A DNA stretch of 64,000 nucleotides from Myxococcota bacterium. Lineage in GTDB: Bacteria > Myxococcota_A > UBA9160 > UBA6930. The translations under genes were made by a program, and so were the position numbers. The notes beneath the pieces are model-generated. The model saw only the letters and a list, made by a program, of their open reading frames with translations, did no database searches and had not been told where the DNA came from. The stretch lies in NCBI GenBank assembly GCA_965223705.1, contig OZ245015.1, forward strand, positions 1,120,001 to 1,184,000, written 5' to 3'. Below, piece after piece: positions 9,963 through 18,714 of this stretch. The stretch's first letter is position 1. Each line of letters begins with the position of its first letter.

Positions 9963-10949
9963 ATGGCGCTCACTCCGGAAGAACTCGCCGCTGAGCTCGA
10001 CGCGGGGAATCTCCGTCCGGCTTACCTCATCGCAGGGCCGCAGGCGCTCTTCCGAGACGACGCACGCGCCGCCCTCCGCGAGCACGTGCTCGGCCCGTCG
10101 CCCGACGCCTTCCGCCTCGACGTGCTCGAAGGCGCGAACACTGCACCCGGCGAACTTCTCGACGCCGTTCGTGCGCTTCCGGTCCTGGGTGGTCGCCGGC
10201 TCGTCGAATTGCGCGATCCCGACGCGCGGCGCGGAGACAAGCTCGGCGCGGCGATCGCCGAGGCGGTCGTCGAGCAGTGCGAGCTCGACGCCGAAGCGGG
10301 CTGCGTCTTTGTCGTCACCGGGGAGAAGATCGATCGGCGGTCCGCCTGGGCGCGCGAGTTCAAGGAGCCGGCGGGGACGGTCGCGTGCGAAACACCCAAA
10401 GGAAAACGCGGTCTCTCGGCGTTTGTCGGAGCCGAGGCGAAGCGCCGCGGGATTCGCCTCGGTTCGGGCGCGGCTTCGGCCCTCGTCGATCGCATCGGCC
10501 CGGATCTCCTCGCGCTGCGGTCCGAGCTCGAGAAGCTGGCGCTCTTCGTGTCCGAAGGTGAGAGCGTCACGGCGCGACTTGTCGTGGACGCCTCCGCTGA
10601 AGTCGCGGAGGAGCCCATCTGGGAGCTCACCGACGCCATCGGCAATGGACAGACGGGGGAGGCGTTGCGCCTGCTCGGGCGGATGCGGGGCGCCGGTGCG
10701 CCTGCGCCGGTCATCCTGGGATCCCTTGCGAGCCATTGGCGGAAACTGCTGCGGATCGAATCCGGTGCTCCGGTGTCCGGACACCCCTACGCCGTGAAGA
10801 AGCTTCGCGCCCAGGCCGAACGGTACCGGCCCGGGGAGCTTCAAGTGGGCTTGCGCGGTATCTGGGAGCTCGACGCGATTCTGAAAGGCGAGGGTGTGCT
10901 CGACCCCGAGGTGGCGCTCGAGCGGCTCGTTCTCAATCTGTCGCGATGA
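9963..10949 (+). CDS. holA: DNA polymerase III delta subunit
   Basis: LRPAYLIAG, LPVLGGRRLV, ELEKL and IWELTDAI motifs; lptE-holA-rpsT order. Confidence 0.92.
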   Translation: MALTPEELAAELDAGNLRPAYLIAGPQALFRDDARAALREHVLGPSPDAFRLDVLEGANTAPGELLDAVRALPVLGGRRLVELRDPDARRGDKLGAAIAEAVVEQCELDAEAGCVFVVTGEKIDRRSAWAREFKEPAGTVACETPKGKRGLSAFVGAEAKRRGIRLGSGAASALVDRIGPDLLALRSELEKLALFVSEGESVTARLVVDASAEVAEEPIWELTDAIGNGQTGEALRLLGRMRGAGAPAPVILGSLASHWRKLLRIESGAPVSGHPYAVKKLRAQAERYRPGELQVGLRGIWELDAILKGEGVLDPEVALERLVLNLSR

Positions 10950-10958
10950 GCGAGTGAG

Positions 10959-11225
10959 CTAGCTCGAAAGCTGGCGCACGGCTTTCGAGAGCCGAGAGAC
11001 ACTGCGGCTGGCGCGGGTCCGGGGAATGACGCCCTTGCTCGCAGCTTTTCGAAGCACGCGCTCGGCTTGCCGGAGGGCCGTCTGAGCTGCGGCGCTATCC
11101 CCGTCGGAAATCGCACTCCGAAGGGTTTTTACCGCGCTCCGCATGCGTGTTCGGACCTGTCGGTTTCGAAGTCGCCGCTTCTCGTCCTGGCGTGCGCGTT
11201 TCTCGGCGGATTTGTGGTTGGCCAC
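10959..11225 (-). CDS. rpsT: 30S ribosomal protein S20
   Basis: ANHKSAEKRARQ...KAASKGVIP...ASRSVSRL; GTG start at 11225 (the listed ORF is over-extended). Confidence 0.96.
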   Translation of the reverse strand: MANHKSAEKRARQDEKRRLRNRQVRTRMRSAVKTLRSAISDGDSAAAQTALRQAERVLRKAASKGVIPRTRASRSVSRLSKAVRQLSS

Positions 11226-11275
11226 GGGCTTTCCTCTGCCGCCGCCGAGGCGCTCGGCACCCGACGGGATTGCGC

Positions 11276-11304
11276 AGGGTAGAGGGCAAGTGCCCTGGGG
11301 TAAA
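11276..11304 (-). promoter_or_regulatory. Putative sigma70 promoter of rpsT
   Basis: Minus strand TTTACC-N17-TACCCT. Confidence 0.45.
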
Positions 11305-11319
11305 CCCCTTCTCAATATT

Positions 11320-11346
11320 TCAGCGGATGCGCGAAGCGGCCGATAG
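11320..11346 (+). promoter_or_regulatory. Putative sigma28/FliA-type promoter
   Basis: TCAG-N15-GCCGATAG just upstream of the TPR gene start. Confidence 0.45.
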
Positions 11347-11354
11347 ACCCGACA

Positions 11355-13295
11355 GTGATGGGCAACTTGAGCGCAACGGACACTCGATATCGCCGGATCC
11401 CGACGTGGGCGGAGACCCGATGCCACTGGATCCAAACCTGGGCCGCGATCGCCCTGCTGGCGCTGGCCGCCCCGGTGGCGGCGCAGGACACGAGCGGCAA
11501 ACCCGCCGGGCCTGCGGTCGTTTCCGAAGCGGCCGAGCCCGCCGGGCCTGCGGTCGTTTCCGAAGCGGCCGAGCCGGAAGAGGGTGAAGTCACCGTCCCC
11601 GAAGCCCAGGTGGAGACCGTCTCACCGAGCGTGCCCTCCGCCCGCGAAATTCTCACGGCCGAGTGGAACCGAACCGGCCGCTCGCTCTCGGGGCGCGTCG
11701 GTGCAACCCGGGAGCGGCTGGTCGAGCTCGGCATGGTGGGCTTCCCGCCGGCCGCGCGCGCGTTGATCCTCGACGAGACCCTGGGCGACGAGCTCACACG
11801 TGCCGAAGGCGCGGTGGCGCTGGCGCCGGGTCTCCCCGACTCCCACGCCTTCCACGCGCTGGCCCTCCTCGCCGACGGTTCGCCTTTGGCGTCGTTGCGC
11901 GCATGGGCTCGCAGCGCCGCCGCAGCCCGGGGTCACTTCGAGGGACGCGTTTGGTTGCAAGGGCACGGCTGGGCCTGGCTCGCGCTGGTCCTCGTATTGG
12001 GAGGAGCGCTCTACCTGCTCGTTGCCGGGTGTATCGCGTTGCCTCGGCTCGCCGTGCGCTTCGCGGGGCCCGAACGGAGTATTCCGCTCGCCGCCGGAGT
12101 CGCACTGCTCCTCATCCCGGTAGCCGTCCCAGGCGTTCTGGGCGTCGGAATCCTCGGGATGCTGCTGGTGCTGGGAGCCCTCGCGCTCGCAGCGGGATCC
12201 GGACTTACGCGTTTGTGTGTCGGCGCTGCGGGCGCCGCGTGCATCCTCGGCACGTACCCGGCGCTCGACGGCGCCGTTCGAAGTTTCGGGATGGTCGGCT
12301 CCGATCCGGTTGCGGAGGCGGCGTACAACATCGATTGGGAAACGGCGTCGGCGATCGATCTCGCCCGGGTGCGAACCGAGGATGTCGATCCGATGGCGCG
12401 CCGCGCGCTGGCGACATGGGATCGCAGGCGAGGGCGCCTGCAGAGTGCCCTCGACCGCTACGAAGGTCTGCTGGGCGCCCAAGCGGCCACCGAGATGTTG
12501 AACAACGCGGCGAACCTGCGGCTGTCTCTAGGAGACGCCGAGGCGGCCATCGGACTCTACGAGCGGGCTGCGAAGCAATCCCGCGACCCGGCGATCTTGA
12601 TCAACCTGGCGGAAGCGTACGGGCGCACGATTCGACTCGACGAACAGAATTTGGCGCTCGCCGAGGCGCAATTGATCGATGCGGCCGCCGTCGATGAGCT
12701 AACCCACGGCGACGAGGCCACGCGGCTTCGCGACATGGGGATCAGCGTCGAGGAGATGGGCCGTCGACTCGAACTCCGTCCGCGGGTCACCCACGCAGCA
12801 GCGCTGCGCGCGGGGATTGCGCCCGCAATCGCGGAAGAGCGTTGGGTGTTTGTCCTCGCGTTGTTCGGCGGTTTCGCGCTCGCGTCGATTGCGCTCGGTC
12901 AGTGGCTGCCCGACGGTCGCTCGGTCTCCGCATACCTCGACGGTAGAGCGGAGCAGACCCACGGACGGGGAGCCACAACGGACCCGTTTGAACGCCTGCG
13001 CCGCGCCGGCGAGAACCGGACGCGAAAGAAGCGTCTCCGCTGGGTCTCTCTCGGCCTCGGAAGCATCGTGCCCGGTGCGGCGGCACTCCTCGGCGCGAAA
13101 CCCCTGACCGGTTTCTTCGCGTTGTTCGGCTTCGCGGCCGCCGGCGCGTCGTGGCTTTTGCGCAATGGAATCTTTCCCGATCCGCTTGCGGCGGGCCTCC
13201 TGCTCCACGGACTCGCTGTGATGGCCGCGACTCTCGCGATGTGTGTCTTCGCCTGGTGCTCTCTTTCGTCGCTCTACGCGCTCTGGAGGGATTGA
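11355..13295 (+). CDS. Multi-pass membrane protein with tetratricopeptide repeats
   Basis: Signal-like N-terminus and several hydrophobic segments; TPR-like LNNAANLRLSLGDAEAAIGLYERA...LINLAEAY. Exact start uncertain. Confidence 0.7.
   Translation: MMGNLSATDTRYRRIPTWAETRCHWIQTWAAIALLALAAPVAAQDTSGKPAGPAVVSEAAEPAGPAVVSEAAEPEEGEVTVPEAQVETVSPSVPSAREILTAEWNRTGRSLSGRVGATRERLVELGMVGFPPAARALILDETLGDELTRAEGAVALAPGLPDSHAFHALALLADGSPLASLRAWARSAAAARGHFEGRVWLQGHGWAWLALVLVLGGALYLLVAGCIALPRLAVRFAGPERSIPLAAGVALLLIPVAVPGVLGVGILGMLLVLGALALAAGSGLTRLCVGAAGAACILGTYPALDGAVRSFGMVGSDPVAEAAYNIDWETASAIDLARVRTEDVDPMARRALATWDRRRGRLQSALDRYEGLLGAQAATEMLNNAANLRLSLGDAEAAIGLYERAAKQSRDPAILINLAEAYGRTIRLDEQNLALAEAQLIDAAAVDELTHGDEATRLRDMGISVEEMGRRLELRPRVTHAAALRAGIAPAIAEERWVFVLALFGGFALASIALGQWLPDGRSVSAYLDGRAEQTHGRGATTDPFERLRRAGENRTRKKRLRWVSLGLGSIVPGAAALLGAKPLTGFFALFGFAAAGASWLLRNGIFPDPLAAGLLLHGLAVMAATLAMCVFAWCSLSSLYALWRD
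11502..11575 (+). repeat. Perfect 36-bp in-frame tandem duplication (PAGPAVVSEAAE x2)
   Basis: cccgccgggcctgcggtcgtttccgaagcggccgag at 11502-11537 and 11538-11573. Confidence 0.95.
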
Positions 13296-13300
13296 GGCTC

Positions 13301-14410
13301 GTGTCAGCACTTCTCGGAAATCTGCGCGACTTCGGCATGGGCGAAGTCTTTCAGCTGATCGGTCAGCAGCGAAAGACCGGCGTGCTCCGGGCGGAAGGCC
13401 CCGACGGTCGCATCGACGTGATGTTCGACGGCGGTCACGTGGTCTCCGCGACCTACGCGGGCCTGCACCCGGGGGCGGCGCTCGGCGACATGTTGGTGCG
13501 CCTCGGGATGATGACTCCTGAACGCCTGACCGACGTCGAGCGGGCGCGGGCTTCGTCGACGTCTGAGAGCTTCGAGCGCTTGCTGTCGCGGATGGCAGAA
13601 ATTCCGATGGACGCCATCGAAGAAGTGAAGGATGTCGTCACACAGGAGGCGCTGTTCGATCTCCTCCGCTGGAGCTACGGATCGTTCGAGTTCAGCGCTC
13701 ACCCCGTCACCCATACGAAGCGTCAACAAGATTTGCTCCCTGCAGAGCAGATCTTGATGGACGGACTGCGCATGGTGGATGAGTGGCAGAGCTTCCCGCC
13801 GGAGGTGCGCGACGAGCAGACGGTGTTCGCGAAAGCGGAGTCCTTCGACGCGTACCGCGCCGCGTTCCCCAGCGAGTCGATCGACTGGGTGACCGCGGCC
13901 GAGCGGCTCTACTTGTTGATCGATGGACGTCTGCCGGTCCGTCGCGTCGTGGATCTGTCCCGACTCGGAACCTTCGAGGGCTGCCGCATCTTGGCGGGTC
14001 TCGTCACGTGCGGCGCGGTCGAACCCCAGGATGAAAGTCGCGGCGGCCTCGCGCTCCGCGGGCTCGACGCGGTTCACTCCGGAGCCTTTCGCTGGCTCGG
14101 CGTCGGCGCCATGGCCCTGCTCCTGGTGATGGCGTTTTGGGTGACTTCGCCGCGACTTCCGGACCCGCCCGACGGCGTCATTCCGTTGCGGACCCACCTC
14201 ATGACGTCGCTTGCGGCTCGCTTCGACACGTTGCGGGCGCGCCGACTCGCCGACGCCGCGGCCCTACTCGAGCCCGGGCGAAGCCTTCACGCGAGCGACA
14301 TCAGCCGACTCGCGCCCGCCGACCGAGAGCCCTTGTGGGGCGCCCCAGGTGCTCCCTACTATCATTCGGGGGACGATGGCGTCATCGTCGTCCTGGCACC
14401 GGAGCACTGA
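13301..14410 (+). CDS. DUF4388 domain-containing membrane protein
   Basis: ALLGNLRDFGMGEVFQLIGQQRKTGVL and ILMDGLRMVDEW motifs; C-terminal TM helix; GTG at 13301. Confidence 0.85.
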   Translation: MSALLGNLRDFGMGEVFQLIGQQRKTGVLRAEGPDGRIDVMFDGGHVVSATYAGLHPGAALGDMLVRLGMMTPERLTDVERARASSTSESFERLLSRMAEIPMDAIEEVKDVVTQEALFDLLRWSYGSFEFSAHPVTHTKRQQDLLPAEQILMDGLRMVDEWQSFPPEVRDEQTVFAKAESFDAYRAAFPSESIDWVTAAERLYLLIDGRLPVRRVVDLSRLGTFEGCRILAGLVTCGAVEPQDESRGGLALRGLDAVHSGAFRWLGVGAMALLLVMAFWVTSPRLPDPPDGVIPLRTHLMTSLAARFDTLRARRLADAAALLEPGRSLHASDISRLAPADREPLWGAPGAPYYHSGDDGVIVVLAPEH

Positions 14411-14451
14411 CGCTCCGCTAAGCCGCGGCACCGGAGCACTGACGCTCCGCT
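14395..14451 (+). repeat. 25-bp direct repeat x2 (period 32) spanning the DUF4388 stop codon, each copy a hairpin
   Basis: ggcaccggagcactgacgctccgct at 14395-14419 and 14427-14451; internal stem cggagc/gctccg. Confidence 0.92.
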
Positions 14452-14460
14452 CGGAGGCCC

Positions 14461-15483
14461 GTGAGCGCCCAGCAAGCCCGCACCAGGCAGACGCTCGTTT
14501 TCGACGACAACCAAACCGCGGTGCTTCTGTACGGCGAACGCGAGGAGACCCTCCGTCTCATCGAAAATGAGTTGGGCATCCGCGCGCGCGCGCGAGGCAA
14601 CGAGGTCCGCCTGATCGGCGACGAGGCACCGGTTCGCGCCGGAAAGAAAGTCTTGGAGGGGCTCTACGGCGTGCTCCGCTCCGGCGGAGAAGTCGGCCCG
14701 CGCGAAGTGCGCGACGCCATTCGCATGGTCGCGAAGGAGCCCGACGTCCCGCTGGAAGAAGCTTACGAAGATGTCCTGGCCGGTTTCGGGGGGCGGCGAA
14801 AGATCGCCGCGAAGAATCACTCGCAGCGGCGCTATGTCGAGGTCATTCGCGAACGCGACGTGGTGTTCAGCATCGGGCCCGCGGGCACGGGCAAGACCTA
14901 CCTCGCGATGGCGATGGCGCTCGCCGCGTTCGGACGCCGCGAGGTCGCGCGGGTGATTCTCACCCGGCCGGCCGTCGAAGCGGGGGAGCGCCTGGGATTT
15001 CTCCCCGGTTCGATGGCGGAGAAAGTCAATCCGTACCTGCGGCCGCTCTACGACGCGCTCCACGACATGATGGATTTCGAGAAGGCCGCGAGATTGATCG
15101 AGCGGGGCGTCATCGAAGTGGCGCCCCTGGCCTTTATGCGCGGGCGTACCCTGAACGACTCTTTCGTCATCCTCGATGAAGCGCAGAACACGACGCCCGA
15201 GCAGATGAAGATGTTCCTCACTCGCCTCGGCTATCACTCGAAGGCGGTGATCACCGGGGACGTTACCCAGATCGATTTGCCGGCGGACCAACCGAGCGGC
15301 TTGATCGACGCCCGACGAAAACTCGAAGGCGTGGAGGGGATCGGTTTCATGTACTTCACCGAGGCCGATGTCGTCCGTCACCCGCTCGTTCAATCGATCA
15401 TCCGAGCGTACGATCGCTTCGAGAGCCCGCCCCGAAAATCCGGGGCGACGGATCCGAGTCAGGACGAACGCGAAGCCTCATGA
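14461..15483 (+). CDS. phoH: PhoH family ATPase (YbeZ-like)
   Basis: [33 protein letters not shown] and DEAQN motifs. Confidence 0.95.
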   Translation: MSAQQARTRQTLVFDDNQTAVLLYGEREETLRLIENELGIRARARGNEVRLIGDEAPVRAGKKVLEGLYGVLRSGGEVGPREVRDAIRMVAKEPDVPLEEAYEDVLAGFGGRRKIAAKNHSQRRYVEVIRERDVVFSIGPAGTGKTYLAMAMALAAFGRREVARVILTRPAVEAGERLGFLPGSMAEKVNPYLRPLYDALHDMMDFEKAARLIERGVIEVAPLAFMRGRTLNDSFVILDEAQNTTPEQMKMFLTRLGYHSKAVITGDVTQIDLPADQPSGLIDARRKLEGVEGIGFMYFTEADVVRHPLVQSIIRAYDRFESPPRKSGATDPSQDEREAS

Positions 15484-15911
15484 GCGTCGTGATCGCGGCG
15501 CCAGGGGTCGACGCACAGCTCGTCTCCGACCTGACGACCTTCGCCACATCGCTGCTTCGAGCCGCCGGCTACCCGCAAGCCGAACTGTCGCTGGCCATCG
15601 TCAGCGACGCCGAAATCGCCGCGCTGAACGCCCGCCACCGGAACCGCAGCGGGCCGACGGACGTGTTGTCCTTTTCGCTCGTCGAGGGCGAGCACGCGGA
15701 CTTTCGCGGTGTCATGCTCGGAGATGTCGTGGTGGCGCTCGGAGTCGCGGAACGCCAAGCCGCGGAGCAGGGGGTTTCGGTGACGGATGAGCTGCGACGC
15801 CTGGTGATCCACGGGCTCCTCCATCTCGTGGGGTTCGACCACGAGCTCCCCGAGGAAGCCCGCGCGATGCGCGCCGAGGAGGAACGGCTCTGGCGAGAAG
15901 TGTCGGACTAG
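15480..15911 (+). CDS. ybeY: rRNA maturation RNase YbeY
   Basis: PTDVLSF and HGLLHLVGFDH metal motif. Confidence 0.96.
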   Translation: MSVVIAAPGVDAQLVSDLTTFATSLLRAAGYPQAELSLAIVSDAEIAALNARHRNRSGPTDVLSFSLVEGEHADFRGVMLGDVVVALGVAERQAAEQGVSVTDELRRLVIHGLLHLVGFDHELPEEARAMRAEEERLWREVSD

Positions 15912-15985
15912 ACGAGTCGGAGACGGCTCACGCAGGCCGGCACGGCGTTTGGCTCGCGCCGACGCTTGTCGCCCTGCACGTTGTC

Positions 15986-17533
15986 GTGTTCTGGCTCGCG
16001 TTCCCCCAGCGAATCGGCGGGCTCGTGTTCGATTTCGGGTGGGTCTTCGCGTGGTGGGTGCCTGCGACCCTGATGCTTGTGTGCGACCGGATGCCCACCC
16101 GCCGCGCGGCCCTCGTCGGCGGCGTCGCCGGCTGGCTGGCCCACGCGGCGCTCCTCTACTGGGTCTACATCGCCGCTGTCCGCTATGGCCGGGCCAGTCC
16201 CGCATTCGGCGCAAGTGCCGTTCTCCTGCTCGGCGTGTACGGCGGATTCTTCACGGCGGTCTTCGGCGCGGTCGCGGCTTGGCTCCCGGGGCGCCGTGCG
16301 TCGACACCCCTGGTGCTGGCGTCGCTCTGGGTTGTGCTCGACTGGTTGCGAACGGTCTTCCTCACCGGGTTTCCTTGGGGAACGCTGGGCTACGCCCTTC
16401 ACGGCGACCCGTTCGCACGGGCCTGGGCGCCTTTCGCCGGGGTGTACGGCCTCTCCTTCATCGCCGCTCTCGGCGGCGTGGCGCTCCGCGATTTGCTGGC
16501 GCGCCGCCACGTCGGGCGGAGCCTCGCTTGGCTCGCCGCCGTCGCCCTGCTTCACGTCGGGGGCGCCCTCCTCGTTCGAGAGGCGCCCGACGAGGAGGCT
16601 ACGGCGCTCCGGGTCGGCATCGTGCAGGGAAACATCGAGCAGGGGGAGAAGTGGAACCCCGAGCGCCTGGCCGAGACGCTGTCGATCTACCTGTCCGGGA
16701 CTCGGGAAGCCGTGCGCCAGGGCGCGGAGATCGTCATTTGGCCCGAGACCGCGGTTCCCGGACTCATCGAGTATGACGACGGGCTGCGCGAGCGCGTCGC
16801 AACGCTGGCCGCCGAACTCGCCACGCCGCTGATCGTTGGCGGCGTCGGGGCGGAAGGGCTCGAAGAAGCTCGAGGCGGCGACCCGTCCGCCCTCCGCTAC
16901 TTCGACAGCGCGTTCGCGGTCCACGCCGACGGAGCGATGGGCGATCGCTACGACAAGGCTCATCTCGTTCCGTTCGGCGAGTACGTTCCGCTTCGCGCCT
17001 TCATCGGTCGCTTTGTCTCCGCAGTAGCGAGCGGCGCGACGAGCGGCGACGTCACCCCGGGACCGGGACCGCGGTCACTTCGTGTCGGGCGCGTCGGCGG
17101 CAATGAGCTCTCGATCGGGGTGCCGATTTGCTATGAACTTCTCTTCCCGGATTTGGTGCGCCGCTTTGCGCTCGACGAAGCTGCGTGGCTGGCCGGGATC
17201 ACGAACGACGCTTGGTACGGCGCGACGGGAGCTCCGTACCAGTTCCTCGCGATCACGGCGTTGCGCGCGGCCGAGAGTGGTCTCTGGCTCGCAAGGGCAG
17301 CGAACACCGGCGTGTCGGCGCTGATCGATCCCACGGGACGCGTCGTCGAGCGAACAGAAATCTTCGAGCGCGGGACGATCGTCGGATCGGTGGTGCCGCG
17401 CCCGGCGGCATGGCCGGCCACGTTCTACTCCCGGGTCGGCGATGTCTTCGTACTCGGGTGCGCGTTGGTGTTGGCGGTCCCAGCCCTGCACACGGTGCGA
17501 AAGAAGTTGCGAGCGGAGCGGCGCGTTGAGTGA
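15986..17533 (+). CDS. lnt: Apolipoprotein N-acyltransferase
   Basis: TGFPW, VQGNI, and catalytic WPETA / YDKAHLVPFGEYVP / ICYE; true start may lie upstream. Confidence 0.95.
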   Translation: MFWLAFPQRIGGLVFDFGWVFAWWVPATLMLVCDRMPTRRAALVGGVAGWLAHAALLYWVYIAAVRYGRASPAFGASAVLLLGVYGGFFTAVFGAVAAWLPGRRASTPLVLASLWVVLDWLRTVFLTGFPWGTLGYALHGDPFARAWAPFAGVYGLSFIAALGGVALRDLLARRHVGRSLAWLAAVALLHVGGALLVREAPDEEATALRVGIVQGNIEQGEKWNPERLAETLSIYLSGTREAVRQGAEIVIWPETAVPGLIEYDDGLRERVATLAAELATPLIVGGVGAEGLEEARGGDPSALRYFDSAFAVHADGAMGDRYDKAHLVPFGEYVPLRAFIGRFVSAVASGATSGDVTPGPGPRSLRVGRVGGNELSIGVPICYELLFPDLVRRFALDEAAWLAGITNDAWYGATGAPYQFLAITALRAAESGLWLARAANTGVSALIDPTGRVVERTEIFERGTIVGSVVPRPAAWPATFYSRVGDVFVLGCALVLAVPALHTVRKKLRAERRVE

Positions 17534-17557
17534 TAGGTCATCGAGCGGAGTGGCGTC

Positions 17558-18692
17558 GTGAGTGAGAAGCAAGTGATAGATGGGGCGATCCTCACCGAGC
17601 GCCTTCGCGATGTCGAGCGGCGGTTCATCGAATTTCGGGGGCGGCTTTGACGAGGCGGCGCTCACAGCGCGCCGCGACGCCCTCGAGACGGAGAGCGCCG
17701 CTCCCGATCTGTGGGAGGACCGCGAACGCGCCGAAGCCCTGCTGCGAGAAAAGCGCGGCGTCGAGCGCGAACTCGAGTTTCTGACCCGCCTGGCGGAGCT
17801 CGTCGAGGAAGCGGAAGTTCTTCTCGAGCTCGCCGAAGAAGCGGAAGACGACGACGCGCGAGCCGAGGCTGCGGACAGGCTGCAGGCTGCGGACGAGACC
17901 CTGGCCGATGCTGAGCTCCAACAACTCTTGGGCGGCGAGCACGACGCGAACAACGCCATCGTTTCGATCAATTCAGGCGCCGGTGGCACCGACGCGGCGG
18001 ACTGGGCCGACATGCTCTTGCGGATGTACCTCCGCTGGGCCGAGCGCCGCGGTTTCAAGAGCGAGATTCTCGATATACAGGCCGGCGAAGAAGCGGGCCT
18101 CCGCTCGGTGACCGTGACGATTTCCGGCGACTACGCGTTCGGCTATTTGAAAACCGAGGAGGGCGTGCACCGATTGGTTCGTATCTCGCCCTTCGACGCC
18201 CAGCATCGACGCCACACCGCCTTCGCGAGTGTCGCGGTATTCCCCGAAATCGATGATTCCATCGAAGTCGAGATCGAGGAAAAGGATTTGCGAATCGACA
18301 CGTACCGCGCCAGCGGTGCGGGCGGACAGCACGTGAACAAGACCGACTCCGCTGTTCGCATGACGCACTTGCCGACCGGGATCGTCGTCCAGTGCCAGAG
18401 CGAGCGATCCCAGCACAAGAATCGCTCCCAGGCGATGCGCGTCTTGCGCGCCCGTCTCTACGAGCACGCCCGCCTCGAACAAGAGGAAAAGCTCGCCGCG
18501 ATGCGTGGGGACAAACAAGAGATCGGCTTCGGAAGCCAGATCCGTTCCTATACCCTCCATCCCGCGCAGCGTGTGAAAGACCACCGAACGTCCGTCGAAA
18601 TGGGGAACACCGAGGGCGTGCTCGACGGCGACCTCGATCGCTTTATCCGAGCGGCCTTGTTGCAGAAGAAGCCCGCCGAGGCGGAGGCATGA
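17558..18692 (+). CDS. prfB: Peptide chain release factor 2 with programmed +1 frameshift at CTT-TGA-C (17645-17651)
   Basis: 30-codon first frame from GTG 17558 ends CGG GGG CGG CTT TGA C; the +1 frame carries SPF and GGQ motifs. Confidence 0.96.
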
Positions 18693-18714
18693 CGGAAACT
18701 CGAGAGGAGGCTCC

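Noticed and set aside
14395..14451. Possible mini-CRISPR (palindromic 25-bp repeat x2)
   Set aside because: The spacer is only 7 nt and the repeat is the end of the upstream gene.
17580..17648. ATG 17580 as the prfB start
   Set aside because: It gives a non-RF2-like N-terminus; the canonical CTT-TGA-C frameshift cassette from GTG 17558 explains the gene.
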